A DNA stretch of 58,847 bases from assembly GCA_026397135.1 (NCBI GenBank), contig JAPLVL010000060.1:8458-67304 (forward strand), written 5' to 3'. Position 1 is the stretch's first letter; each line of letters starts with the position of its first letter. The stretch comes from Candidatus Berkelbacteria bacterium (GTDB taxonomy: Bacteria > Patescibacteriota > UBA1384 > XYA2-FULL-43-10 > 1-14-0-10-43-13). The translations under genes were made by a program, and so were the position numbers. The notes beneath the pieces are model-generated. The model worked only from the letters and a program-made list of their open reading frames with translations, was not told the origin of the DNA and did no database searches. Shown here one piece after another: positions 41,645 through 50,457 of the stretch.

Positions 41645-42898
41645 TTAGCCTTTGCTAAAGATTTCCCTACCAAAATGATTGATCAAGATATTTTTACCTT
41701 TACTGTCAACGACGCTTGCGAAGCCGCGAAAAGCATCTTTGAGGGAGAGAATCATTTTGTAACTGTCTTGACCAATTCTGTTGCCCCTGTCATCAATCAG
41801 CCACCATTCACCCTGTGCAGTCTTGGCAAAGAAACTGCCAAAGACAAAATTGGTGATGACTTCGAAATCTTGGCTGATTTTCTTGCCATCAAGATCGATT
41901 AGGTAGCAAGAGGACTGGGCTTTTTGATCCCTCTTCTTTACTGCTCTGACCCAAGCCGCTCTTCCATTGTAATCCCCTGCCTCTTCGAAAGCGCCGGAGA
42001 CTTTTTCGCCTGAAGGATCGATAAACCAGAAAAAACTGCCATAATTCATATCGATGGAATATTGATCGACAATCGCCCGATCGGAATGAAAATCATTAAC
42101 ATTTTTGAACATTGAGCCTGGGGCCTCGAATTTGCATTCACCGTTTTTGTCATATAATTCGGATTTGATTTTGCCCCGTCTGATCCAAGAATACCCACCG
42201 GAAAATTGCTCATAAATTGATCTCTTATCGATCCAATCCCAAGTCTTGATCTTGTGGCCGCTTGTATCGATCAGATAGGTCTCCTTGTAATCGAGCGACT
42301 CAGCCCAAGCGACACCATCGTGAAATAGCGAGAGCGCTAGATATTCAGGGAAGGCATTTTTGCCCAGCTCATTGATGTAAATAGCGCCATTGTCTTTCTC
42401 TGCAACCATCAGGCCAGTTTCAGCAAAACCGGCAGTGTAAATATTGCGAACATGACCTGTGGTGCTCGACTCGCCGTCTGTATTATACACGAAATACCGG
42501 TAGCCGCCATTATTTTGTAATTTGACTGTGTAGATCGAGTGACCGTTTCTGAACGGGGTAAATTCTCCACCCAGATCAGTCGTCCTCGCAATAATACTGC
42601 CAGAACGATCAATCAAATACACATAATGACCTGGCTGCTGATAAGCCCAAGCCAGACCTTCGCTGAAAGGATTGATGAAGTCGAAATTGCATTTTGCGGC
42701 CAAGTCAGAGCGAAAAACAGTTTCAAATTTATCCGTGGCAAAATATTTAAGCTCTCTGACTTCCTGCACAATGGCGGCAAAATCTTGCCAGATTAGGCCA
42801 GGCTTTTCCTCTTCGCAGGCACGCAAAATATGATTGCCCCTTCTATCTGCAAAATCTCGAATCTTTTCGCTCAATTGTTCACAGCGTGAGCTCATCAT
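41645..42898 (-). CDS. NCH-array paralog, class W (N-terminal Cys-helix module + WG-containing repeats)
   Basis: 417-aa ORF. MMSSRCEQLSEKIRDF. Repeats FSEGLAWAY, FRNGHSIY, FHDGVAWAE, FSGGYSWIR, FRGFASVV. Confidence 0.85.
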   Translation of the reverse strand: MMSSRCEQLSEKIRDFADRRGNHILRACEEEKPGLIWQDFAAIVQEVRELKYFATDKFETVFRSDLAAKCNFDFINPFSEGLAWAYQQPGHYVYLIDRSGSIIARTTDLGGEFTPFRNGHSIYTVKLQNNGGYRYFVYNTDGESSTTGHVRNIYTAGFAETGLMVAEKDNGAIYINELGKNAFPEYLALSLFHDGVAWAESLDYKETYLIDTSGHKIKTWDWIDKRSIYEQFSGGYSWIRRGKIKSELYDKNGECKFEAPGSMFKNVNDFHSDRAIVDQYSIDMNYGSFFWFIDPSGEKVSGAFEEAGDYNGRAAWVRAVKKRDQKAQSSCYLIDLDGKKISQDFEVITNFVFGSFFAKTAQGEWWLIDDRGNRIGQDSYKMILSLKDAFRGFASVVDSKGKNILINHFGREIFSKG

Positions 42899-42953
42899 TA
42901 TTGCTTAATCCTTAATTCTTTCTGCTTACTGCTAATCACTTTGTTCTTCAGCC

Positions 42954-44207
42954 TTATTTAAATCTGGAAACAAGTTCCTGGTCAAATTCCCAATTGCCGT
43001 AAAAGTTCTCATTGCCGTGCTTGTCGATATAGCAATATTTGCCGTCGATATTCCGGACACAAGCTAGTCCGTCATGAAAATCGGAGACAATTTCTTTGAA
43101 ATATTTATCGAAGGCTTGCTTGCCGTCTTGGCCTATGAAGTAATATGGAAAATCAACCTCCTCTTTGACTGCCGCCAAACCCTCCGAAAAATGCCTGGCA
43201 TCAGTGTAGCGCCGCCCCGGGAAAAGCTCTTCACCGTCAAGCCCTACGAAATAACGCATTCTATTTTCCCATTGTAGCATTGACCCGCCAAAATATGGCT
43301 CCGGGGCAGAAAATGTCTTTTCGAAAGCCGGCCAACCATCGCGATCTATATATAAACAATTGTCACCAAGCCCTTGGACCGGACAAATACCATCGCTAAA
43401 TTTGTGAACTGGCAATTTGAATATTTCGGAATGTAATCTCCTAATCTCAATTCCAGCTTCATCGATCAGAATAATCTTGTGATAGAGCTCCAGCCAAGCT
43501 CTCCCTTCTGAAAAAGGTTTCAGTATTGCCTGCGTATCATTGCCAAGCAATTTGACTAGATTGCCATTTTCATCGATCAATTTGACATCTCCATCGGTTG
43601 TCTGAACGATTGCCCGATTATTGTCAAAGACTGTCGCTTGTGCATAATCACTATCCAATCCTATGATCCTCTCAGCGTCATTTTCATCATGATAGAAAAA
43701 GACATTTTTCCCAATATCTCGATTGACATACCAAAGGACGCGGCCCGAGCCAAAGCCAATGCAAACTCCCTTGTATGTTCTCGTGCTGTGATCACTGCCG
43801 GTAGGGTAGAACCGCCAATCTACTCTAAATCCACTTTCGGCCTTCCGGGCAGTCCAGAACGCACCGTTTTGGGCATGATGACAGTAGTCAGCGCCAATTA
43901 AGGGAATCGTTTTTTGCTTTTCTTCATCAATAAGATATATCACCATCTTTTCTGCGTCGCTCTGACCCTTCTTTGACCGACCAAAATAGCTCTTCTTGTC
44001 AGGCAAAATTCCGACAAACTTAAAATCGTATTTCCTGGCCAATGTCCTGCGGTGAAAAATAGAAAGAGGACAGTTCTCCATAATTTTTTCGATTTCCGCT
44101 TGTTTGGAGATACACCCTTTCACATCTCTGATCGCCAAAAAATCCGGCAAGAAAATTTCTTTGATGTCAGTGATCAACTTGGTTAAATTTTGGCAATCAA
44201 GTTCCAT
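42954..44207 (-). CDS. NCH-array paralog, class W (N-terminal Cys-helix module + WG-containing repeats)
   Basis: 417-aa ORF. MELDCQNLTKLITDIKEIF. Repeats FSEGRAWLE, FSDGICPVQ, FSEGLAAVK, FHDGLACVR. Confidence 0.85.
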   Translation of the reverse strand: MELDCQNLTKLITDIKEIFLPDFLAIRDVKGCISKQAEIEKIMENCPLSIFHRRTLARKYDFKFVGILPDKKSYFGRSKKGQSDAEKMVIYLIDEEKQKTIPLIGADYCHHAQNGAFWTARKAESGFRVDWRFYPTGSDHSTRTYKGVCIGFGSGRVLWYVNRDIGKNVFFYHDENDAERIIGLDSDYAQATVFDNNRAIVQTTDGDVKLIDENGNLVKLLGNDTQAILKPFSEGRAWLELYHKIILIDEAGIEIRRLHSEIFKLPVHKFSDGICPVQGLGDNCLYIDRDGWPAFEKTFSAPEPYFGGSMLQWENRMRYFVGLDGEELFPGRRYTDARHFSEGLAAVKEEVDFPYYFIGQDGKQAFDKYFKEIVSDFHDGLACVRNIDGKYCYIDKHGNENFYGNWEFDQELVSRFK

Positions 44208-44258
44208 GGATTAAACTGCTCAAACATTATTTGATAAGACTGATGAATAATTTTTGAT

Positions 44259-44379
44259 TTGTCATCTCGACTCCTCGACGTACTGTCGAGGGTGGAGAGA
44301 TCTTGTGGTGCTTTGATCGAAATTAATTCATAAGATTTCTCCAACCGTTCGACAATTCTCACGGGGTCGAAATGACAAA
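44259..44379. repeat. REP/MITE-like palindromic element, family A (full length)
   Basis: Ends ttgtcatctcgac (44259-) and gtcgaaatgacaa (-44378). Internal hairpins cctcgacgtactgtcgagg and ggagagatctt...aagatttctcc. Fills the gap between 44383..45633 and 42954..44207. Confidence 0.65.
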
Positions 44380-44382
44380 CCG

Positions 44383-45633
44383 TTATGTTTTTACTGCATT
44401 ATTACTGATTTCTTTGTTAATTATCTCATACAAATCTCCCCGAACCGAGAGGATTTTTATATTATCGTTTTCGTCGAAGCTGACGGAGCCAACCTTGAAA
44501 TACGGCGCTCTGATCTTGATTTTTCGTCCCGCTTTTCCGTCGCCAAGAAGTCGGATCAGGAAGAAACCCGACTCGGGATATTCATTCAAATCAGAGAGGA
44601 GATATTTTCCATCTGGCGAGAGCTTCAAGAAATTACCACCCCAGGACTGGCCAGTAGCCGGATGTTCTGTTATTTTCTCAATTTTTCCGTCGCGATATGA
44701 ATAAAAAACGGTTTTCTTGTCTTCGTAGGCAGAGAAATAGAGAATGTCTCTCATTTTGTCAAAGCAAAATGAAACTGGATACGCACAGATCTTTTCCATT
44801 TCACCGGTTTCCACCTTAACTGCAAACAATTCACTGTTCATATTACCAATAGCGAAGAACGTGCTTGCGTCTCTGTTGGAAATAATTGTGTTGATATTTC
44901 CTGGCAATTTTGTGCTGCCCCATCGATTCTTTGATTTGTCCCATTTTTGAAATGGTCTTTTCGACCCACCTTCGTTTGGCGAACAGAAGTGGTGCTGACT
45001 CGCAGCAATCCAGCCTTTTTCGCCAAAGTCTGCCACAAATGGCTCTTCCAGATCGTGCGGCCGCTCGTTGTTGTCGAAGACTGGTGTGCTCGGCATGGGG
45101 CTCAATTCTCCGCCAGCTGAAATATCGACTGCCACCCAGCGGCAAAATTCCTGATCGGTTTGTTTGACCACTTTGACTAGCAAAGTGTGATTATCAACAA
45201 ATTTATAACGCCATGGATGAGTGATGTCGAAGAGATATTCATCCCAATTATGGTAGTTCAGAAACCAGCGCAGATTGTAAGGATTGATCGAGGAAACCCA
45301 TTGTCCGGTCGCAATATTAATAGTCATGAGAATATGACGACTTTCTACATAGATCAAATATTTGCCATCAGGGCTTACAACCCCGGGGAAATGTTTGATT
45401 TGCTCGCCGGTCAAGTAATCAAACTTTGTGTTATCAAATGGAATAACCTTGCCAATCTCCCTAAATTTAAGGTCGGCAAATCGCTCAGAGCCCAACATTT
45501 CTGAGACTAAATTTTGCAGCTTCTGACCTGATCGAACTGCCTCCTGATTATTGACTGCCAAAACAGCCCGGTCGTACGCCCGGAGAAGTGGCAAAGATTT
45601 ACTCAAATTTTGATTGTAAGTCTGACAATCCAT
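44383..45633 (-). CDS. NCH-array paralog, class P (N-terminal Cys-helix module + PD40-like beta-propeller)
   Basis: 416-aa ORF. MDCQTYNQNLSKSLPLLRAYD. Blades VSPDGKYLIYV, LSPDGKYLLSD. Confidence 0.85.
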   Translation of the reverse strand: MDCQTYNQNLSKSLPLLRAYDRAVLAVNNQEAVRSGQKLQNLVSEMLGSERFADLKFREIGKVIPFDNTKFDYLTGEQIKHFPGVVSPDGKYLIYVESRHILMTINIATGQWVSSINPYNLRWFLNYHNWDEYLFDITHPWRYKFVDNHTLLVKVVKQTDQEFCRWVAVDISAGGELSPMPSTPVFDNNERPHDLEEPFVADFGEKGWIAASQHHFCSPNEGGSKRPFQKWDKSKNRWGSTKLPGNINTIISNRDASTFFAIGNMNSELFAVKVETGEMEKICAYPVSFCFDKMRDILYFSAYEDKKTVFYSYRDGKIEKITEHPATGQSWGGNFLKLSPDGKYLLSDLNEYPESGFFLIRLLGDGKAGRKIKIRAPYFKVGSVSFDENDNIKILSVRGDLYEIINKEISNNAVKT

Positions 45634-45655
45634 TGTTTTATTTTAACATATTTTC

Positions 45656-46936
45656 TTACCCAAAAACCTGCTCACCCTCGTGATTAATGTAAAAAGTTTC
45701 ACCGTATTTTTCGACCAGAGCAACACCATCTACGAACCCTTCGACAATCTCATCGAAATCCTGTGGAAAAGCTTGCTTAAATTTCTTGTTGATAAAATAT
45801 TTTTTCTCTATAGATATGTCGTCTTGCCAAGTCACTACGCTAACAGGGGCAAGGCCTTCAGAAAAATCGCCTGCCTCCATGAGATGTCCCAAATTGCATC
45901 CGTATTCTTTGCCATTATGATCGATATAAAATCTTACCCCAAATGAGCCGATGAAGGCACTCTCGATTTGCATCACGGTGGCAAATCCTTCATGAAAACT
46001 CTCTGCCCGATCAAAATGTTTTGTGACTCTCTTGCCTGTTTTGTCGACGAAGTAATACGAGTCATCTCCAACTATGGCCCTGCCTTCGTGAAATTCACGA
46101 ATTTTAGACGAGGACTTGAAAACTTCATTGCCATCTCTGTCATAATAAATTCTCCCCTCCCCTGAAGCGTCAGGCATGCTTGAAATTCCACCAGAGAAGA
46201 CGGTCGGACGCAAATATTGCCCCGATATTTCTTTGCCTTTCATTATCGTCTTTACTACTGCAAAATTATGGTCTGCTCGGACCAACTCAAGTTTATCCCC
46301 GTATTCGAGCCAAGCTGCTCCATCGCAAAACGGGGTTGCATACTCACAATCGAGCGAAGTGAGCTTCTGCTTGCCGTCGTGCCCGAGGAATCTAAACCAA
46401 TATTTTAAATTTGTAGCAGTATCAGCGGGAATCAAGACCAACCCACTCTCTTCAAACCCCCTTGGGTCAATTTTGGGGAAAGTGGCGAGGATTTCGCCAT
46501 CTTTGTCAAATAGCTGCCAATGCTCTCTTCTGATTGGGTCGAGACTAACCGTTTGGGCCCACGCACAGCCGTTATAAAATTTGGTTGTCTTGGGAATTGA
46601 CGGCAGTATTTCCTGATGGATTTCCTTCCCCTTACGATCAATCAAAATAAGTAGTTCATTTACTGGTCCACTTTCAACCGGCTTATAAGCCCAAGCTCGA
46701 TCCCCGGAAAAAGCCGAAACGAAATAATAGCCTCGACTTTTGGCAATTTGATCTCGTAATCTGACTTCAAACAAATCCAAAAAAACAGCGAACTCCCGCT
46801 CGAAAAGTAGCAATATTTCCGCCTTGGCCGAGAGTGCCAATGCGGCATTTCCCAAACTGGTTGCTCGCCAGAAAACCTTTTCTGCCGTTACCACTTTGGC
46901 TAAATTTTGATTAATCTCGCTGCAATTCATCTTCAT
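45656..46936 (-). CDS. NCH-array paralog, class W (N-terminal Cys-helix module + WG-containing repeats)
   Basis: 426-aa ORF. MKMNCSEINQNLAKVV. Repeats FSGDRAWAY, FYNGCAWAQ, FCDGAAWLE, FHEGRAIVG, FHEGFATVM, FSEGLAPVS, FVDGVALVE. Confidence 0.85.
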   Translation of the reverse strand: MKMNCSEINQNLAKVVTAEKVFWRATSLGNAALALSAKAEILLLFEREFAVFLDLFEVRLRDQIAKSRGYYFVSAFSGDRAWAYKPVESGPVNELLILIDRKGKEIHQEILPSIPKTTKFYNGCAWAQTVSLDPIRREHWQLFDKDGEILATFPKIDPRGFEESGLVLIPADTATNLKYWFRFLGHDGKQKLTSLDCEYATPFCDGAAWLEYGDKLELVRADHNFAVVKTIMKGKEISGQYLRPTVFSGGISSMPDASGEGRIYYDRDGNEVFKSSSKIREFHEGRAIVGDDSYYFVDKTGKRVTKHFDRAESFHEGFATVMQIESAFIGSFGVRFYIDHNGKEYGCNLGHLMEAGDFSEGLAPVSVVTWQDDISIEKKYFINKKFKQAFPQDFDEIVEGFVDGVALVEKYGETFYINHEGEQVFG

Positions 46937-46955
46937 ATATTATAGCAAATATTCC

Positions 46956-48230
46956 TTAGGCTAGACGAATTAATTTGCAATAAACGACCCGCGGTTTGCC
47001 CATACCATAGAACGATTTCTCGAAACGCTTGTCCAAATAAAAGACCAGTCCACCCCTCTTTTCCCCACTAACTCGCTTCTTCGCCTCTTCGAGTGAGATC
47101 GCTGGATCATCGATGATAATAACGCCACTTTCCATACCTCGGCCAATATTTGTGACTTGACCAATATTTTTCAAAATCAGAAATCCGCCATTGACTCGCC
47201 ATTCATCTGCCGGTAATTTGTCGGTTGTTAAAATCTCCAGACCGTATCGCTGCGTCTGTTTCCAGGGCAGAGCTGTCGTATGTGTCGTCGGCTCTCGAAC
47301 ATCAGCAGAGAGGGCTCCCTTACCTTCCCGTCGTCGGAAAGAGTCGGAATTAGGATCATAATAATAGAACGAGCGAAAATTTTGATCTGAAAAACTTGAC
47401 CAATTCTCCGCCATCACCAAGACTCTGGTTGCACTATCGTGTATATCGACAACAACATTCTTGCCCCCAATTAGGACTGTTCCACCACCGGCATTTCGGC
47501 CAATTTCTATCTCATCGCTGAAACCAAGATTTTGGCACCAAATCGTTCCTCCCCACATCGCCTCACCGAGTGAACCTATGTGATTTTCTGCGATTATGTT
47601 TCCGCCGGTCTGCCACGAGCCCAAACTGCCAGAAGATTTCTCGACTGTGACTTCACCAAACGACCATTGCTCGCCAAAATCACGAACTTCGCTCCCAGCA
47701 AGTCTGATATTTTCGCCATTGTAGAAAATTTTGAAAAACAGACCACAGAGGAAATTCCGAATCGTCGTCTCCAATTTGTGCTTGCTATAATAGCCAGTTT
47801 TGCGAATCGCTTTTTCGTGAAAAATCGCTGCCACTTCGCGAATTTTCAGATTGAGAGAGTTAAAGGCAGCATATTCATTCTCGGTACTGGCAACGAATTT
47901 ATTGGCTACTCTGTTTGTTAGACTTTGACCGGGCTTTTTCAGAAAACTTAGTTTTTCCGCCATCACTTCGAGATGATTTCCCTGTCTCGCCAAAACAGGA
48001 TCGTCGTCTGTCATCTCCAGAAAATCTAGCCAGAAAAGATCCGACGAAATTTCATCGAGAAATATTTCGTCAAATCGAGGACAAATTTGGTCAAAATTAT
48101 TTATTTCCACCAAAATTTTGCCCTGATTTGCGAAAGCAATATTTGGTTTCGAAGATTTAATCGCCACATCAAGAGTCGGGTAAATTTTCCTAATATTTGT
48201 AATAATTTTTGTCAGATTCTGACAGCTCAT
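46956..48230 (-). CDS. NCH-array paralog, class G (N-terminal Cys-helix module + GXGXG beta-helix)
   Basis: 424-aa ORF. MSCQNLTKIITNIRKIY. GSLGSWQTGGNIIAENHIGSLGEAMWGGTIWCQ, GRGMESGVIIIDD, KRGGLVFYL. Confidence 0.85.
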   Translation of the reverse strand: MSCQNLTKIITNIRKIYPTLDVAIKSSKPNIAFANQGKILVEINNFDQICPRFDEIFLDEISSDLFWLDFLEMTDDDPVLARQGNHLEVMAEKLSFLKKPGQSLTNRVANKFVASTENEYAAFNSLNLKIREVAAIFHEKAIRKTGYYSKHKLETTIRNFLCGLFFKIFYNGENIRLAGSEVRDFGEQWSFGEVTVEKSSGSLGSWQTGGNIIAENHIGSLGEAMWGGTIWCQNLGFSDEIEIGRNAGGGTVLIGGKNVVVDIHDSATRVLVMAENWSSFSDQNFRSFYYYDPNSDSFRRREGKGALSADVREPTTHTTALPWKQTQRYGLEILTTDKLPADEWRVNGGFLILKNIGQVTNIGRGMESGVIIIDDPAISLEEAKKRVSGEKRGGLVFYLDKRFEKSFYGMGKPRVVYCKLIRLA

Positions 48231-48302
48231 ATTTGTGATTGGTACTAATTATTATGTATCGCGTATCAAGAATCAAGGATTATGAATTCATTCCACTGAT
48301 TT

Positions 48303-48349
48303 AAGATTTCTCCAACCTCGATAACACATCGAGGGGTCGAAATGACAAA
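48303..48349. repeat. REP/MITE-like element, family A (half copy)
   Basis: aagatttctccaacctcgataacacatcgaggggtcgaaatgacaa matches the right half of 44259-44379. Confidence 0.55.
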
Positions 48350-48416
48350 TTGCAATTTTCACTACACCAACCTTATAACTTTGTGAACCTTGGTCTTGCC
48401 ACCCGCTTTTAGACTT

Positions 48417-49445
48417 TTAACTTTTGGCTGTCCCCTTTTCGCCGTAAAAAATCCAGGCTTTCTCTCCCCAATCATAAATCACTACGCCGTCGGGATGGAC
48501 GAGACAATCGTACTCGAAATCAAAATCCAGATTCTCAATTGCGTTGTAGATTTCCTTCTTCCCGTTCAGATAAATTTTGCCATCAGCAAATGTAATGAAA
48601 CCTTGTGTATGGGCTTTCCATGATCCAGCATAGGAGAGGTCAAAAAGCGTTTCTCCCTTTTCGTTGACCAGGGATTTTACCTTCTTTTGATCTATATATC
48701 CTTCTACTTCAAATATGATATTGCGATGAGAGACTTCAACTTTTTCAATGTTGTCTTCAATCTTTGGAAACGGAATACTCTCTTCGGTATGGTCAGCATG
48801 AATTATGGTAATCGTCCTATACTGGAAAAAGTCAATTATAACGACACCATCACCCCACGGAGCACGGGAATCGCCATTCTGTATTTTGGCAAATGATTTA
48901 CCGAAATAGAGCTTGCCATCATCAAGATATATTATTCCACCTTCATCATTGACCTGGAAGAACGGATCAAAATATCTATCCGGTTCCCAGATTTGATTGT
49001 CGTCCAGTTTCACCCACCAAGGCTCGCTTTGGAAAATATGGGTGAACAGCTCCTGATTCCGCAAAATCGGACTATCATCAGGAACTTCGAGATTTCCCTC
49101 CGGGTTGAGATAAATATTGAGAACTCCCTCCGTCGGAATACCGCACAGCACACCCTTCGGATGAGATTCCCATATCGGGCGCGATGGGTCGTATTCTTGT
49201 TTCTGATTCTCCACCGACCGATCGACTTTTGTAATAATTTCGCCTGTTTCGTAATGTTTCCAGGTGTTATAATATTTGGTCTCGAGTAATATCGGCGACA
49301 TCTCACCGCGAAAGGAATCGACCGATTTAGAGATCGATTTGATATTATCGGCCGGTTTGTCGCTACCAAGAATATCATCAATCCGGCGGTTAATTTTGAC
49401 CGCACTCGACAGAAATTTCGTCAATTTTTGGCAATCTATTTTCAC
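48417..49445 (-). CDS. NCH-array paralog, class H (N-terminal Cys-helix module + HP[DK]G..LN[GD] repeats)
   Basis: 342-aa ORF from GTG 49445, 1 nt after the upstream TAG. MKIDCQKLTKFLSSAV. Repeats ESHPKGVLCG, KAHTQGFITFADGKIYLNGK, LVHPDGVVIYD. Confidence 0.85.
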   Translation of the reverse strand: MKIDCQKLTKFLSSAVKINRRIDDILGSDKPADNIKSISKSVDSFRGEMSPILLETKYYNTWKHYETGEIITKVDRSVENQKQEYDPSRPIWESHPKGVLCGIPTEGVLNIYLNPEGNLEVPDDSPILRNQELFTHIFQSEPWWVKLDDNQIWEPDRYFDPFFQVNDEGGIIYLDDGKLYFGKSFAKIQNGDSRAPWGDGVVIIDFFQYRTITIIHADHTEESIPFPKIEDNIEKVEVSHRNIIFEVEGYIDQKKVKSLVNEKGETLFDLSYAGSWKAHTQGFITFADGKIYLNGKKEIYNAIENLDFDFEYDCLVHPDGVVIYDWGEKAWIFYGEKGTAKS

Positions 49446-49446
49446 C

Positions 49447-50223
49447 CTATTCCTTTTCCTTCACAAAATCTTTCAATCTGCTGCCATCATAAAAAACGAA
49501 TTTATTTTCGAACCCGACAACCACGCCGTCAGGGTGTAAGAGAAGTACCTTGTCCTCCATGAATCTAACCCGATGAAGCGGTTTTTTGTCATTCAGGTAG
49601 AGAATTCCGTCCCGCATATTCACAAATCCCTTTGGATGCGGCCAAATTTTGGCTTCATACCCTTCTGCCAATCGCGTGACAGAATTGGCATTATTTTCGC
49701 TCCAAAACGGATCGCCGTTGATCGGTTTGGTAATTTTGACCATATCGTAGGTAGTTTTGCTATATTCGTCAGTTCCAGAAAAAATAATGCCAAGACGAGT
49801 CGGGAACCAGTCAAATTGATCGAAACTGCTCGAATCACTAAGTTTGTGCTGGAAGAGAAATTTTTCAGGGTCCCCGTTCAAGCAAAAATTGCCGCTTTTC
49901 TTCCCGTAAGTGACAAATGAGCTGCCAACCATGCGAAATTCGAAGTCGTCGTCGTTCTCGTAGACCAACTGATTTCCCTCCCTGGCACAAAAAGTTATGC
50001 AATATTTGGACCCAACTTTACTCTTGAAATATAGTCCTTTTGACCCGAGTTGCCAGACTCCGGTTTTCAATTTTTCGTGATTATCATCAGTAAGTCGGAA
50101 TAATCCGCTTGGACCGAATCGCCAAGATTTCGGCTTGTCCATCGGCGCAAATTCGGACACTATTTCGCCATCTTTGTATTTCGGCCAATCCTTGTAATCG
50201 TTGACTTCGTCAAAATTAATCAA
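49447..50223 (-). CDS. Class H repeat protein lacking the N-terminal Cys-helix module
   Basis: 258-aa ORF from TTG 50223 (GGAGGTGGA directly upstream). It starts at the segment DYKDWPKYKDGEIVSEF that follows the N-module in the other class H genes. Repeats WPHPKGFVNMRDGILYLNDK, LLHPDGVVVGFENKFVFYDG. Confidence 0.8.
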   Translation of the reverse strand: MINFDEVNDYKDWPKYKDGEIVSEFAPMDKPKSWRFGPSGLFRLTDDNHEKLKTGVWQLGSKGLYFKSKVGSKYCITFCAREGNQLVYENDDDFEFRMVGSSFVTYGKKSGNFCLNGDPEKFLFQHKLSDSSSFDQFDWFPTRLGIIFSGTDEYSKTTYDMVKITKPINGDPFWSENNANSVTRLAEGYEAKIWPHPKGFVNMRDGILYLNDKKPLHRVRFMEDKVLLLHPDGVVVGFENKFVFYDGSRLKDFVKEKE

Positions 50224-50457
50224 TCCACCTCCACAAATTTGATTCTGCCTTTATTTTACCCCACCGACCCACATTTGTCATCCCAAACAACAACATGCTA
50301 ATAATTAACTTCAGCAAACTAAAGTTAGTTCTCCGTTTAGTTTGTAGCTCAAGATTCAGATTGGCCAAGCAGACCCAAGTCTGGTTTCTGATCTATTACC
50401 GGAGCTCAAACTTCAGTTTGTTTTCGAATAAATATGAATTTTAATATTTTTGTTTAA

